A stretch of DNA of 64,000 nucleotides. Source: Lama guanicoe. Lineage: Eukaryota. Numbering within the stretch: the first letter of the stretch is position 1; every line of letters begins with the position of its first letter. The notes under the pieces were generated by a model that had not been told where the DNA came from, ran no database searches, and saw only the letters and a program-made list of their open reading frames with translations. Location of the stretch: the NCBI GenBank assembly GCA_013239625.1, contig MU056270.1:124001-188000 (forward strand). The letters run 5' to 3'. The position numbers and the translations under genes are program-made. Positions 1-12,000 of the stretch are shown one piece after another.

Positions 1-754
1 CTAGACCCCTGTTTTGTAGGTTAGCAGAAGGGTTCTGGCTTGGCCTCCCAGTTCATTCAGTCTGTCTTCTACAGGTAGGAGCACTGGAAGGGAATGAAAT
101 TTTGGCGTCTCCTTAGCTGCAAATGCATATAATCCAACAGCCAACTGATACCTTACGGACTGTTTTGTTTGGAATTTCCGGACAATGGCATTTTTGGTTT
201 TGCCATAAAGTGAAATTTAGACGTTAAAAGCCACGTCTGCATCTGGACCCATTCCCTGCTGTTTGACTTCAGGGTTGAATCATCTCTGGCTGGTTCCTAT
301 ATCTTATATAGGAAGTTGTTTTTGTATTTAATTTCAGCCTAGATTAGTAATCATGAAGAAGTAATTTTAAAAACCATTTTAAACATCTTTCTTGTTACAT
401 GTTTCACATGAGAGACTAACTTAAGGGTCTGCAGCTTGACAAGTGCCAACTACAAAATGATTTCACAGCTGTGCTTCCTTTAAACAGCAACAATCGACTG
501 TAATGTTTAGTCATCTGGATACATGACTACTTTGTATCAAAAGATGTGCCAGTCAGAAATAAACTTAGTTGTCTGCAGAATATGTAAAAGCAACAACCCT
601 GAATTCCCTAGATCTAGATTATTCTGGTGTAGTCAGTTATGATGTTTTAAGAAAGAAATATGCAAGTCATTTTGTGTCTTTTTCTGGCTATAACCTTTAG
701 GAGTAATTCCCTTGCAGAATATATTAAAATGACCTCTTCTTTCTTCTGTGACAG

Positions 755-837
755 ATGCCAGAGATGCAGAGCAGCTGAGCAGAAACAAGGTGACACACAT
801 TTTGTCTGTGCACGACAGCGCCAGGCCGATGTTGGAG
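755..837 (+). CDS. DUSP22: DUSP22 coding exon 3 (83 nt; (D)ARDAEQLSRNKVTHILSVHDSARPMLE)
   Basis: Acceptor ttcttctgtgacag|AT and donor GAG|gtgagg. Translation matches the DUSP22 N-terminal phosphatase domain as I recall it. Ends in phase 0, compatible with the next exon. Confidence 0.96.
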
Positions 838-2439
838 GTGAGGGAGGGCGGCTGCACGTGTCTGCACTTGTGTTCCTGGGTGTGTTTGGCGTGAGTGAAG
901 CCGCTGTGCCCCGCTAACGCCAGTGTGCTCCCATACTGCTGGCTCTGTGCGTGCCTTTGCCTGGTCCACGGCTCGGCGGAAGGGCGCCTTCCTGTTCTGA
1001 CTGCTCCTGTTGTGTTGCTCACTTGCTTTCCTGGCTAAATGCCAAAGGTGAGCTGGGGCCGTGTCTCCCTCTGGATTTTATGGCAACTTAAAACCCATTT
1101 TCATTCCTTTCAAAATTACCTTCTGTTTTAGAATCCAGAAGAAATCAGGCTGCACATTTCCTGACTTTCCCTCCCATTTAAGCTCAATTATCTGCAATTT
1201 GCATTTGGGAGTAAAAGGCAATGGAGGGTCAGTTGTCCCTGGAGGTTTTCCAGGGTTGCTCTGGTACAGAGACTGTCAGTGCAGAAGCTTGTGTGTCTAG
1301 GGTTTAAAGTAAACAGGGTGTGCCTGCCCGTTCACTGATTCCAAGCACATCTGCAGTTTTACCCTAATGGACGATTTGAGCTGTTGGCTGGGAGCAAAAC
1401 CTGTGACTCTGTTTATTAGCCTTGACAGACCCCAAGTTACCTCTTTTTAGAAAATCATGTGAGTGTGGTTGTGATGTGTGTGCTTTTCTGTTTTAGGGTG
1501 AGCTGTGTGAGACGGAGGGGTGGCTTGTTCTGAAAGTAATCATCCTAGTTCAAGCAGTTTTCAATTAAATTCATATTATACAAGAGTAGGTAATGTACTT
1601 TTATTTCAAATTTGTCTGTTTTACATGACCATTAGAGCTGCTGGATTTTAGCTAGTGTAAAGCGAGTGAGAACACAGGATAACAGTGATTCTACCGACAT
1701 CAAACCGCAGAGGACCACGGGGGTGAGCAGACCCTACTTCTGCCTCCAGGTTTTTGAGCTTCTACTTTCCTCTATTGTTTCAGCTCATGATTTTTTGTTA
1801 AGGTTCTATAATTTGTGCTGCAGCATGATTTTGTTGAAAACAACAACAACAAAACATCATTTTTTGGGAGCCTAGCAGTTCCCTTGAAAATAGCTACTCC
1901 ATTTTTCATCCATCAACAGTGGTTTGTATTTAACATGTAGCCGAGCTACGGCCTAGACCAGAAGTCAGACACAGACTGGTCGTGACTGACTTCCTCTTGA
2001 ATCACAAGGTGAGGCTGGAGGTTCCTTTATTTTAGAGCACTGCATAGACGTCCTCCCACCCTCGCCCTCCGGGCTGCCTCACCACGTTACGCCCCATGCA
2101 GGGCAGCACCTGTCACATGGGAGCGTGGCCCTTACATATGTCCAGATACAGAACCTTCAGGTGTCAGGAATGACAGAGCCCCGGCTCTTGTCTGTCCCAC
2201 CCCCCCTGTTTTACACGTGGGCAACGAGGTCTGGAGACTAAAACAGATGCGGTTGTGACCCAGTGTAAGGAGGTCACTGTTTGAGTAAAAACCTCAGGAC
2301 TCTGGGTAAACTATGTCCCCCCATCAGTGACACGCCACATGTCCCTTTTTATTCCCCATGGGACTGCATTTACTTGGCGACAATCTGCTTCAGTCTTTGT
2401 GTGCTATTATTATCTTGCTTAATAATAAGTACTTTCCTG

Positions 2440-2700
2440 TGATCTCACATTTATTGAGGGTTAGACCACCGTTCTGTAGCATGACGTACCTTAACATTGC
2501 CCCTCATAATTTATTTTTAACTTTACAACTAATTCAGGAATATATTCTTACTTAAAAATTAAAACAGTAGGTTTTCTCTGATTACATGAGCGGAGGAAAC
2601 TGAGGCACGAAAAGTTATGTGAACTGGCACGTTCACCGTAAGTGATCGGAGCAGAGGGAGCTCACCAGAGGCCCAGAAGCTCCGGACCTTTGTTGAGCCC
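2440..2700 (-). mobile_element. MIR SINE fragment
   Basis: GAGGAAACTGAGGCAC core (reverse complement of the MIR core). Boundaries approximate. Confidence 0.6.
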
Positions 2701-3884
2701 TCTGCCTGCTGCGTAAAGGCAGGTGTCTCTCTTAAATTTCAAATTCAGTTCTAGAAGCCTTAATTTCAGTCAGCCCGAGATGACTCAGGGAAGTTATTTG
2801 TTTGGAGTTGGTAGGGAATTAATGGATGGATTTTATCTTTCAGCAGCTCCATGTTATGCTGGCCCTGGTCCTTGGAGGGAAATGGGGTTGGGATGAAGGT
2901 GAGAGGGTAGATCATGCACAGGGCTGAGCAGCCAGCCTGATGAGGGGCCCCTCGTGAAGGGTGGGGGGCTAAGGGATGGGAGAGGAGAGAGCTGGGACCT
3001 CCTTCCCTCTCTGAGGTCTTCGAAGCCATGCGCATTTATCGAATGGCCCCTCGCTTTATCCGGGCAGCCCGGGGCTGGGCGGGGCTGGGCTGGAAGTGGG
3101 GAGGCAGTGACTGCCTCAGACTGAAAGGATTCAGTCCCGTCACATCCGCGTGGGAGTTCTGTGGGCCCTGCTGCTGTGCAAGACAGCACAGGTTCTTCTT
3201 CGGTGGACGAGACAAGGTCTGTTTGTCCTCGGAACCCTGGGGCAAGGTGTCGGTGGAGGGAAACAGGCCCAAGCCTCCAACTGCTGTCTCTTCAGAAGAG
3301 CATCTGAGGGTTAGATCTTCCAGAATAGAGTCTTAGGGACTTTGCAGAAACATAGGAGGCTTCGTACTCACCGAGTCAGCCCTAAACTAGCACCTGAGAT
3401 CCCGAGGAGCTCTGGCCCCGTTTCCACGCCTGCTGCTCTTTGTTTGACGTAGAAATCCCAGCTGCACGGCGTCCTGGAGTTCACCCGCCTACCCCCTTCA
3501 CTGTGTGGCCAGGAAGCTGAACCTCAGAGACGTGAGGGGATTCCCATGATCCCACAGCTGGTTTTGATGGAAACCTAGATCTCCCTTCCAAGGCAGAGAT
3601 TTTCCCAGCATGCTTCACTGCCTTGGTCCTTTCCTCGCATGACTGATGCTTCTGATTTGGTAGCAGGATCGGTAGATGTTGGCACATCCACTTTGGAAAG
3701 GTGCTGTTTGTATCTGACAGTGTATCAAAATCCCTGCCTCCCTGTGCCATCATCAGCATGGGTCTTGCTCATCTTTACTTTTAATTAGCAATGCTTTTAT
3801 TTTGATTTATTTGCTGTGAATGCCTTCCTTGCACCATCAAGCCCCCTGTCCAGACAGCTCTCCCGTCTGAAGGCAGGGAGTTGA

Positions 3885-4050
3885 TCATTCACTCATTTTT
3901 GAGCTCCTCCCACAGGCCAGGCCCTGGGACAGGTGCTGGCCGTAAAGTGAATGCATCCCTGTGTCTGCCAGGAAGAAGCCGTCAGTGTGTAAACAAGATA
4001 CCTATTCTGGCTATTTTGTACATGTTGATAGTAATTATAGTCCAGTGGGA
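3885..4050 (-). mobile_element. Probable L2 3' fragment
   Basis: tcattcactcatttttgagctcctcccacaggccaggccctggg resembles the reversed L2 tail. Boundaries approximate. Confidence 0.4.
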
Positions 4051-6389
4051 GAAGGGCTCAGGCTCAGGGCAGGAATCACTCAGGGAATAGGGCTTCCTCC
4101 TCTGCCAGGTGGGTCTGGACAGTCTGCAGTGCCAGGTCTGTGGAGGTAACTGGGAATTTGGAAAATCTGATTGGAGCCGTTCCAGCCAGAAGGAGGTGGC
4201 AGAGGACCAAGACCTGACTTTTAGGGGGGCCCCGACTCCACGGGGTCACACCAGCCCCACGTGACCCCAGGAACCCTGGGGGCCCGGCCAGCTGGGCGGC
4301 ACAGCCAGACCCGGAGGTTCCCTTACGTCACCTGCTAGCAAGTGGCAGAGCCTGGGGGAGAAACCTTTGCACACGCATGCATTTCAAATAGGAATTTAGC
4401 CCAAATCTGTAATTACAACATTTGGGGGGGGAAAGCTCCTCCCTCTGATGCCACGGAGAGGACTGGGCGGGGGACATCACATGAGTCTGCTGAAGGTGTT
4501 CCCCATTTGTGATCTGTGTCTTCGGCGCCGACTGGTTGCTCCAGACTTGAGCCGTGGTGAAAACTCCTGTCACAAAGGTGGTGCTTTTTCAAATCAGAAA
4601 CCCTGTGTTGTTTGTAGTCATATTGAGCAACGAAAGGTTTCTCCCTTCCCCTGAAGAAATAAATAGAACTCTACCTTCCTGATGTAAAAATTTCAGAGTT
4701 TGTTTCATTTTTCACGTGTTCCGTTGTTGGGCATTTAACAAGAGTACCTGCAAGAAACAAACCTGTTTCACTATTAACAAAAATGCTTTAAAAAGTATTC
4801 CCATTCCTTCACTGGGCCAGCCACACAGGGATTTGACTTTTAAGTGATTTAGAAGAAGAAAAGAGTTGACACACATACACTCGGGGCAGAGTGTCGTGTG
4901 TGTGCAGGCAGGTGTCTGAGCTCGAGTCTGGCTTGGGTCTTCTCCCCATTTTAAGCTGTGACTTTCACATTAGAACTTTTTAAGCTTTTGCTTTTATTTT
5001 TAAGAAAAGGATGTTTTCATCAGTCATTATTTATTCTGCTGATTCAGTTTCTATTTTCTTAAACACTGAAGGTCTTTTTTAAGGCATCCAGGCTCCAAGT
5101 TCAGTTTTGTTAGTTTTATGTGTCGGTGTCTGCTGCTCCTGGTGCTGGTTCTCACTGTTGTCTGTGTGTCTGCACAGACAGACATGCCGGTGAATACCCC
5201 AGGACAGGTCCGGTCTGCTGAGACCGAGGGGCTCCTGGAAGGACCTCGGTCCACTGCCGCGTGTCTGTCTGGTCACCCACCCCATTTCTCACCCTCAGAA
5301 GTTCTGTTGGCTTCCCAGGTGTCAGAGAAGCCAAACCCAAAGGGTGAAACTGTGCTCCTCTGTCCGCTTCTTTCTTCCTCCCTCCTCTTGCCCACCCAGG
5401 TCCAGCCTCCTTCAAAGCTCAGCCCAGCTCTTCTTCTGACAAGGACACTTGCTGTACCCACCAACCTCAGGACTCCTTCCCTTTTTCTGTAACATGTGGT
5501 TTGTGCTCTTTGTTGGGTCGTGAATTGCGTGTGCTCTGTGACAGACTCTGGGGGGTCATCCAGTGGGCGTGTGACCTCTGCTCGATGGTCTGCAGCCTCA
5601 CTGCCTCTGTCCAGGCTCCTGAGCTGGTCTCAGGCCACGGCAGGCAGGCACCACTTTGGAGCTCTTTGGTGTCTCCAGCGCTCAGCCTGGGTCTGATTCT
5701 CGGGGCCCCTCTGGGAGCCTGCTGTTGAACCCGTGGCCCAGAACATTTCCGCTCCACTCCCAACTGGAAGTCATGTCCTGGGTCACTTGTGGCTCCCTTC
5801 ATGGCATGAAAGAAAAGCAGCGTCAAGAGCGATGTACTGATCACCAGTGACGTGTGAGGCCAGAGGTCTGGCTAACGCAGCACAGCCGCCCTCTGCGTCT
5901 CCCCGTCAGCGAGGTGCAGGGGTCCTGCCCTGCAGAGTGGACGTGGCCTCTAGTTCAGCATTACCTCCTGCTAAGTTACTGCAACCACGCGACCTTTTGA
6001 TCTCCCAGTGGCCCTTTGATCTGCAGTAGAAGCTTGGTCCTGCAAGGAGGACAGCATGACCTAGGACACAGACAGTGGGTGATCAGTTAGAAGAAGACTT
6101 GCGCAGCCAAGGCAGCACGCTTGAGGTGGAGGCAGAGTTAGCTGAGACATTGTCTCAGATTTCAGGGAGCTTCTAGCCAGATCACAAGAGGCTGAGAGAA
6201 CCTTCGAAGCCCCGGGATTCTGTTCTGCCTCAAGAGGGAGACCCTTCTTACCTGTGTCCTCCTCTGGAGGCTTTGCAGGCAGACCTGGGGCATGTCACCC
6301 CTGGTCCTGCCTTTCTGCCATCTGGAGATGTGCCAGTGCTCTGCTCTCAGGACCCTGGGGCCCCTTCTGTCTGTGACCTTCAAGTCATA

Positions 6390-6860
6390 GGAGCTCTCAG
6401 CCACATTTCCCCTGGCACAAGGAAGATAATTGTCCCACACACACAAGTGTGGGCAAGGATGTTCACTGCTGCTGTGTTTGGAATGCAAAAAATTGAGCCA
6501 ACCCACACATTCAGCAGAAGGGTACTGGTCAGTTGTGATACATCCATATTGAGAAATTCCCTGCAGCGGTTCAGAAAGAAGAGGAAGGATCAGATGTGTG
6601 CACGGGAGAAGGAGAATCGCTCAGCAAAAGAAGCGAGTTGCAGAGTGATATCCGCAGTGTGATCCCGTGTCTGTGAAGTTGCACGTCAGCTGTGCGTCTC
6701 TGTGTGCACATGTCTGAGTGCATAACGCACAGGGGGAGGGTCCGAAAGGGCCGTGCCAGACTCCTGAGCGGGGAAGAGGAGGAGGATGCGGGGAGAGGGC
6801 GGGAAGGAGGAGTTTCACTTTTTTCTCTATTTATTTTCTACAGTGGGAGCATCTTCATAG
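6390..6860 (+). mobile_element. Old L1 (L1ME-like) ORF2-end/3' fragment
   Basis: gcaaggatgttcactgctgctgtgtttggaatgcaaaaaattg and agttgcagagtgatatccgcagtgtgatccc resemble L1ME 3' regions. Boundaries approximate. Confidence 0.55.
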
Positions 6861-7518
6861 TATCTTCTTGAGTGAAGAAGGTAGGGAGAGAGGGCGGGCA
6901 GGTGGCCGCGCTCGGCGTCTGTGGAAGTGACGGGCAGGTTGCACTGGGGTGCTCAGGCTTGGCTGCGATGAGTCCGGTGCTTGGTAGCAGCATTTCCCGT
7001 GGACCTGTGTTGGACGTGTGACACCAGAAGTGCCGTGTGCTGTCGGCCACAGTCAGTGGGCACAGAGCTCCTCTGTCAGTCGTCGTAACCTTTGAGGGAG
7101 AAGGCACCCCTTGAACACTTTCCAACTGTGTGCATGCTCAGTATCAGTTATGTTCTGCTTCTGCTGGGCTGTTTCCGTTGAATGAGTTTGTATCCTCTGG
7201 GGTTCACAGATCCCAGCTGCAGCGTGAAGCGGTGGTGGGACTCCTGCTGGGATTGGCCCCTGTTTCCAGTGAGGGCGAGGTCGGTTGCCGCACTGGCCTT
7301 ACAGAAAAGTCCACGCTGTCGTGACTGCTCATGAGATCCGGGGCCTTTGAAAACAAATCATTGTTTGACCTGGAGCAGTTTTCGGGTTGACAGTTGTTTC
7401 CACCTCTCTAGTAAAGTCTTTGACGCAACCCGAATATCGGTGGCACCTACTGTACCCAAGGCTTGCAGCTTTCATGCGTTGAGGTAAATTTGTTTGAAGC
7501 CAACCCCAGACTTAAATA

Positions 7519-7537
7519 GAAATGACTCAAATAGAAA
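7519..7537 (+). promoter_or_regulatory. Composite AICE (GAAA-TGACTCA-AATA-GAAA): AICE2 and AICE1 sharing one AP-1 site
   Basis: Exact matches to GAAATGASTCA and TGASTCA-N4-GAAA. Confidence 0.65.
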
Positions 7538-8204
7538 TGATTATGGTAGGTGTCGAAAACTGTCTAGTAATCGCTCTTTCTTGAATCCAGCTGCGTGTGA
7601 GTTCCCTGTGTGGGCAGTCAAATACAAAGACGGCAGGCAGCTCCACCTGGCTCTGAAGCCAGACTCCAGCACGGCTGGACAGAGAGCCTGAGACCCTCCA
7701 GGACTGCACTGGGCCCAGAGGAGAAGGCAGTCGCTCTTTGTCTCTAGGTGGAGGAGCCCTGTGTCAGGCTCCCTGTGGCCTGGCCCTCGAGAGCTCCCTG
7801 CATGTCTCTCTGGTCCTCACGCTTACCGACCAGCCTCTCCGTGCAGGTGAAGACTTTTCCAGAGCGCTCTTCTTCCTGGGCTTCTGCTCAAAGCCAGGCC
7901 CCAGTTCTGGAGCATCTCCTGCTGAGCCCCACCTCGCCCCTCTTCTCCGGACCGCCCCCCCCCCCCCCCCCGCGTGGTGAAGCGCTGCGCACACGTGCTG
8001 AGCGCTGCTCCTGGGCGGGCTTTCCCAGTCCGGCCCCTCTCAGTCCTCCACGGGGAGCAAGCCAGTGGCAAGACCCGCCAGGGTTTCCAAGCCAAGATCC
8101 CGGGAGAAGCTTGTGGCATGTGGCCTGGCCCCTCTGCTCCAGCTGGAGGGGCAGTGCGCACTGACACGCTGTACAACAGTGCCGTAAGTGCTGAAGCACG
8201 CGCC

Positions 8205-8654
8205 AGTTTGGACAGGATCCCCGTGCCCCGGGGCCGGGGCTGGGGAGATAGGTGGAGAGGAGCAGGGAGGCATGTCTGGTGCAGCGTGTGTGTGTGGGTG
8301 GGTGTGTGTGGAGGGGGTTGTCTCACGTCGGACCAGCCCATGTCTGGTGCAGCGTGTGTGTGTGTGTGTGTATGGAGGGGGTTGTCTCACGTAGGACCAG
8401 CCCATGTCTGGTGCAGCGTGTGTGTGTGTGTGGGTGTGTGTGTGGGTGTGTGGGGGGGGGTTGTCTCACGTAGGACCAGCCCATGTCTGGTGCAGCGTGT
8501 GTGTGTGTGAGTTTGGACAGGATCCCCGTGCCCCGGGGCCGGGGCTGGGGAGATAGGTGGAGAGGAGCAGGGAGGCATGTCTGGTGCAGCGGGTGTGTGT
8601 GGGTGGGTGTGTGTGGAGGGGGTTGTCTCACGTAGGACCAGCCCATGTCTGGTG

Positions 8655-8691
<37 letters not shown>

Positions 8692-9061
8692 GAGGGGGTT
8701 GTCTCACGTCGGACCAGCCCATGTCTGGTGCAGCGTGTGTGTGTGTGTGTGGAGGGGGTTGTCTCACGTAGGACCAGCCCATGTCTGGTGCAGCGTGTGT
8801 GTGTGTGTGTGGAGGGGGTTGTCTCACGTCGGACCAGCCCTTCCGGGCCGCTTGGGAACGGGGAAATAAGCCCTGGGCCGCAGGACATGTGGATGGGGCT
8901 GGGTGTAGCAAATCGGACCAGCCCATGTCTGGTGCAGCGTGTGTGTGTGTGTGTGTGTGTGGAGGGGTTGTCTCACGTCGGACCAGCCCTTCCGGGCCGC
9001 TTGGGAACGGGGAAATAAGCCCTGGGCCGCAGGACATGTGGATGGGGCTGGGTGTAGCAAA
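8205..9061. repeat. Compound minisatellite/VNTR with nested (GT)n
   Basis: Nine copies of CATGTCTGGTGCAGC followed by a GT-rich run, most continuing into GGGGTTGTCTCACGT(C/A)GGACCAGCC. Two flanking blocks are duplicated (starts 8205/8510 and ~8839/~8988). Confidence 0.95.
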
Positions 9062-12000
9062 GAGGGTGGCCAGCAGCGCGGGGTGAGGGTGGTGCCACCT
9101 TCAGTTCTCCTTTTGGCTAAGTTGGGAGTTATTCCTTCAGCTTCAGCAGATGTTAATTGAGTGCCCACCTTGCAGGAGGGACTGGGGACAAAACACAAAG
9201 AGAAGCAAGAGGTGGCCCAGCTCGGGAGGAGGCAGGCACGAGACCCTTGCAGCGGTTCAGAGCTGTGAATGCGTGGCAGGGCGGGGGGCCCGGGGCGCCC
9301 AGGAGAAAGTGGCCAGCCCCGTGGGGTCAGCCAGGCCTCGCCAAGGAGTCGACCCCGTGGAGTGACCCTGAAGGATGGCAGGGCTTGCTGGGGAGCGGTG
9401 GCACAAAAGGGCAGCTGGAGCGGAAGTGGGGGCACGGGGTGTCAGAGGCACCGGCCGTACACAGCGCAGGGCGAGCCCCGCCGGGTGAGGCTCTGCAGAG
9501 CAGGTCTGCAGGGAGCTGGGCTGGGCGAGGAGGCTCAGGGAAGACTAGGTTCTGCTCGCCAAGGCGGGGAGTCCGAGCTTGCCCTCGTGTGAAGCAGAGA
9601 CTCAGCAAAGGTTCACGAACAGCCAGGTGACACGCTCAGGTTCCTTTTCCAGGGTGCCGACTGGGGGATGGGATGGAGTGAGGGAGGGGGCACCAAGGAG
9701 ACTGCTGGGGAGCTCTTGCAGTAATCCTGGGCAGAAATTGTGAGGGACGGAACTGGGTTTTTTTTTCTGTAATCGGAAGAGTCACTTCCACAAAGTGGTC
9801 CTGCAGCGGCACCGCAGGATGCAGAGGAGTTGGAGGGGAGGGGCTCGGGGTCCGTGCAGTCCTCTGGCCATCAGCCCTGAACGAGGAGGCTCTTGTGCGT
9901 GAGTGTGTTGGGTCCTGTGGATCCTGGAAAGGGGGAGAGGCATAGGAGCAAACCGGGAAGGCTTCAGCGGGGGATGCAGTTTTGCTAAGGAGTTTAAAAG
10001 GGAAGAGGAGCCTTGTTTGCAGGAACCACAAGGAAGAGTAGATGTGTTTCTGGTCCCAGGTCAGGACAGCACAGCGTGTGGCTATAGGCCAGCAGGGACC
10101 CCACTGGTGACGGGTGTCTGGCCCACGGGCACTGGAGGGGTTGCAGGCTCCTTGGGTGAATGGCCTTGGAGTCTGCAGTCACCAATTTGAATGAGAAGCT
10201 AAAGGTGGTTAGTTGGTTAAAACCTAAAGCAGAGTTAAACGACTCTACTGGCACTGTTGTTTTTAGCCACAGGAAAATTTAGCCATTTAAATGTAGCCTG
10301 GTTTACGCAAATTTGCCATTTTTAGGTGCTCCTAATAACTCAGTACCTGGTAGGCGCTGCAGGTGGACCCCGTGCCTGCCACACCTGCAAGGGAGCGCCC
10401 CAACCTGACTTCACAAGCTGGGGGTGGGGCAGTGGCGCAGCTGAGGTCGGGCCCACATCCCTGGAAGTGCTTCCCCCTCGGGTCTGAGCCCTGGGACATC
10501 TCTGTGTGAGGCGGGGCAGAGGTGGGTGTCCGGCCCCAGGTCTGGATTGAGAGCCCCTTTCTCTCCTTTCAGTCTTCACCACGGCCAGCACAGGTGTTCC
10601 AACACTCATGACTGAGCAGGGCACCTCCGGCCAGCTCTGCCCTCTCTTCCAGGGGGTCTCGAGTGGAGGGAGGTGAAGGTCGGGGCTGGGCCATGGCTGC
10701 TGCAGCCCCGGGCAGAGGTGAGGAGGCAGACGCACCTGGAGTCTGAGAGGGAGCCTCCTTCTGAGGGCCAACTGTGGACGTGGTGTTTGCTTCCCAGGCG
10801 TTTTCCAGTTAAGGGAAGGTTGTGCATGCAGAGCAGAGGAAGGAGAGGCCTCCCCCTCGTCATCCAAACGGCTGCAGAGGGACGGCTTCCCCACGTGGCG
10901 TGATCACTCGGAGCATCTCGGACACAGAGTGGTGCCCAGACCTTGGCTTGAGCCCTCTGGTCTTGGAAACTGTTCCCGACCAGGGCAGTTAGAGGCCATT
11001 CTGGATGGTACTCGTCGTGGCCTGGTGGTGGGGGGGCTGGTCCGACTGGAATTTCCCTGTTCGGTGAAAGCCGTTGTCCGAGAGACCAGCCCCACAGCCT
11101 CCAGGGGAAGACGCTCCCAGATCTGCCCCGAGAGACTGTTAGTTCAGACCGCATGGCAGAGCCCCTGAGCCCTGGCTGGCGGAGCAGGAACAGCGTTCCC
11201 AAAGGTTTGCCTCGTCTCCCTGGTGCTCCTGAGCCCAGGGCTTCCCAGCGGCTCTGATGGGAGCCTGTCCTGCTGCTGCGTCCCCAGCGGTGCCGCGGGG
11301 ACTGCTCCACCAGGCACCCCCCCCCCAGAGCGAGGGACCGCTGACCTCCCCACAGGGGCTCTTCCTTCTGTGCCTCTTGCGAGAGGATGCAGCTGTCAAA
11401 ATAAAAATAGCCCTCAGCTTGCGTTCAGCAGCAGCTGTCGGGGAGGGAGGGCTTGGTGAAGTGTTGCCCCTCCAAGGGAGGCCCGGGACCCTGACTAGCC
11501 CACAAGCAGAGCAGCGCAAGGAAAACGCCCCTCTCCTGTCATACGTGGGGGTTGGCACCCAGACCATGGTTCACAAGTGACCTATGAGCCAGGCACATCC
11601 GGTGCGATCTCTGACCAGCCGCTCACCTGGCCCGTGGAGAACACGCTTCCTTCACAGCCTCTGTCTGCTCCCTCCACTCCTGCCCCCGCGCTTTCCCGCT
11701 GCCCTCAGCTCGTGCCCTTCTTGTGCGGCTCACGTACGGGCCTTTACCACATCCCGCCTTTGTGTGTCCTGACCCTGACCCGACCCCGACCCCACCCACG
11801 CAGGACTGGCCAGCTTCCCAGGAAGAAGCGTCCAGCTCTGAGTCAGTGTTCGGTCTGGTCCCGCGTGGAGGATGCGGCGTCGGGTCCTGAGGAACCGGGC
11901 ACGCTGCTCAGAGAGCTTCTCAGGTGCCCAAGCCCTGCAGGGGTCTCACTCCACTGTAAGCGAGAGTCTGAGGCCCACCTGCTCAGTAACCTGCAGAAGG

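Noticed and set aside
8268-8582. p53 half-sites AGGCATGTCT in the VNTR
   Set aside because: Only isolated half-sites 305 bp apart; no full response element.
8205-9061. Repeat-spacer appearance resembling a CRISPR array, and the many overlapping ORFs here
   Set aside because: The spacers are just (GT)n of variable length, the DNA is mammalian intron, no cas genes are present, and the ORFs are repeat translations (CVCV/HTHT).
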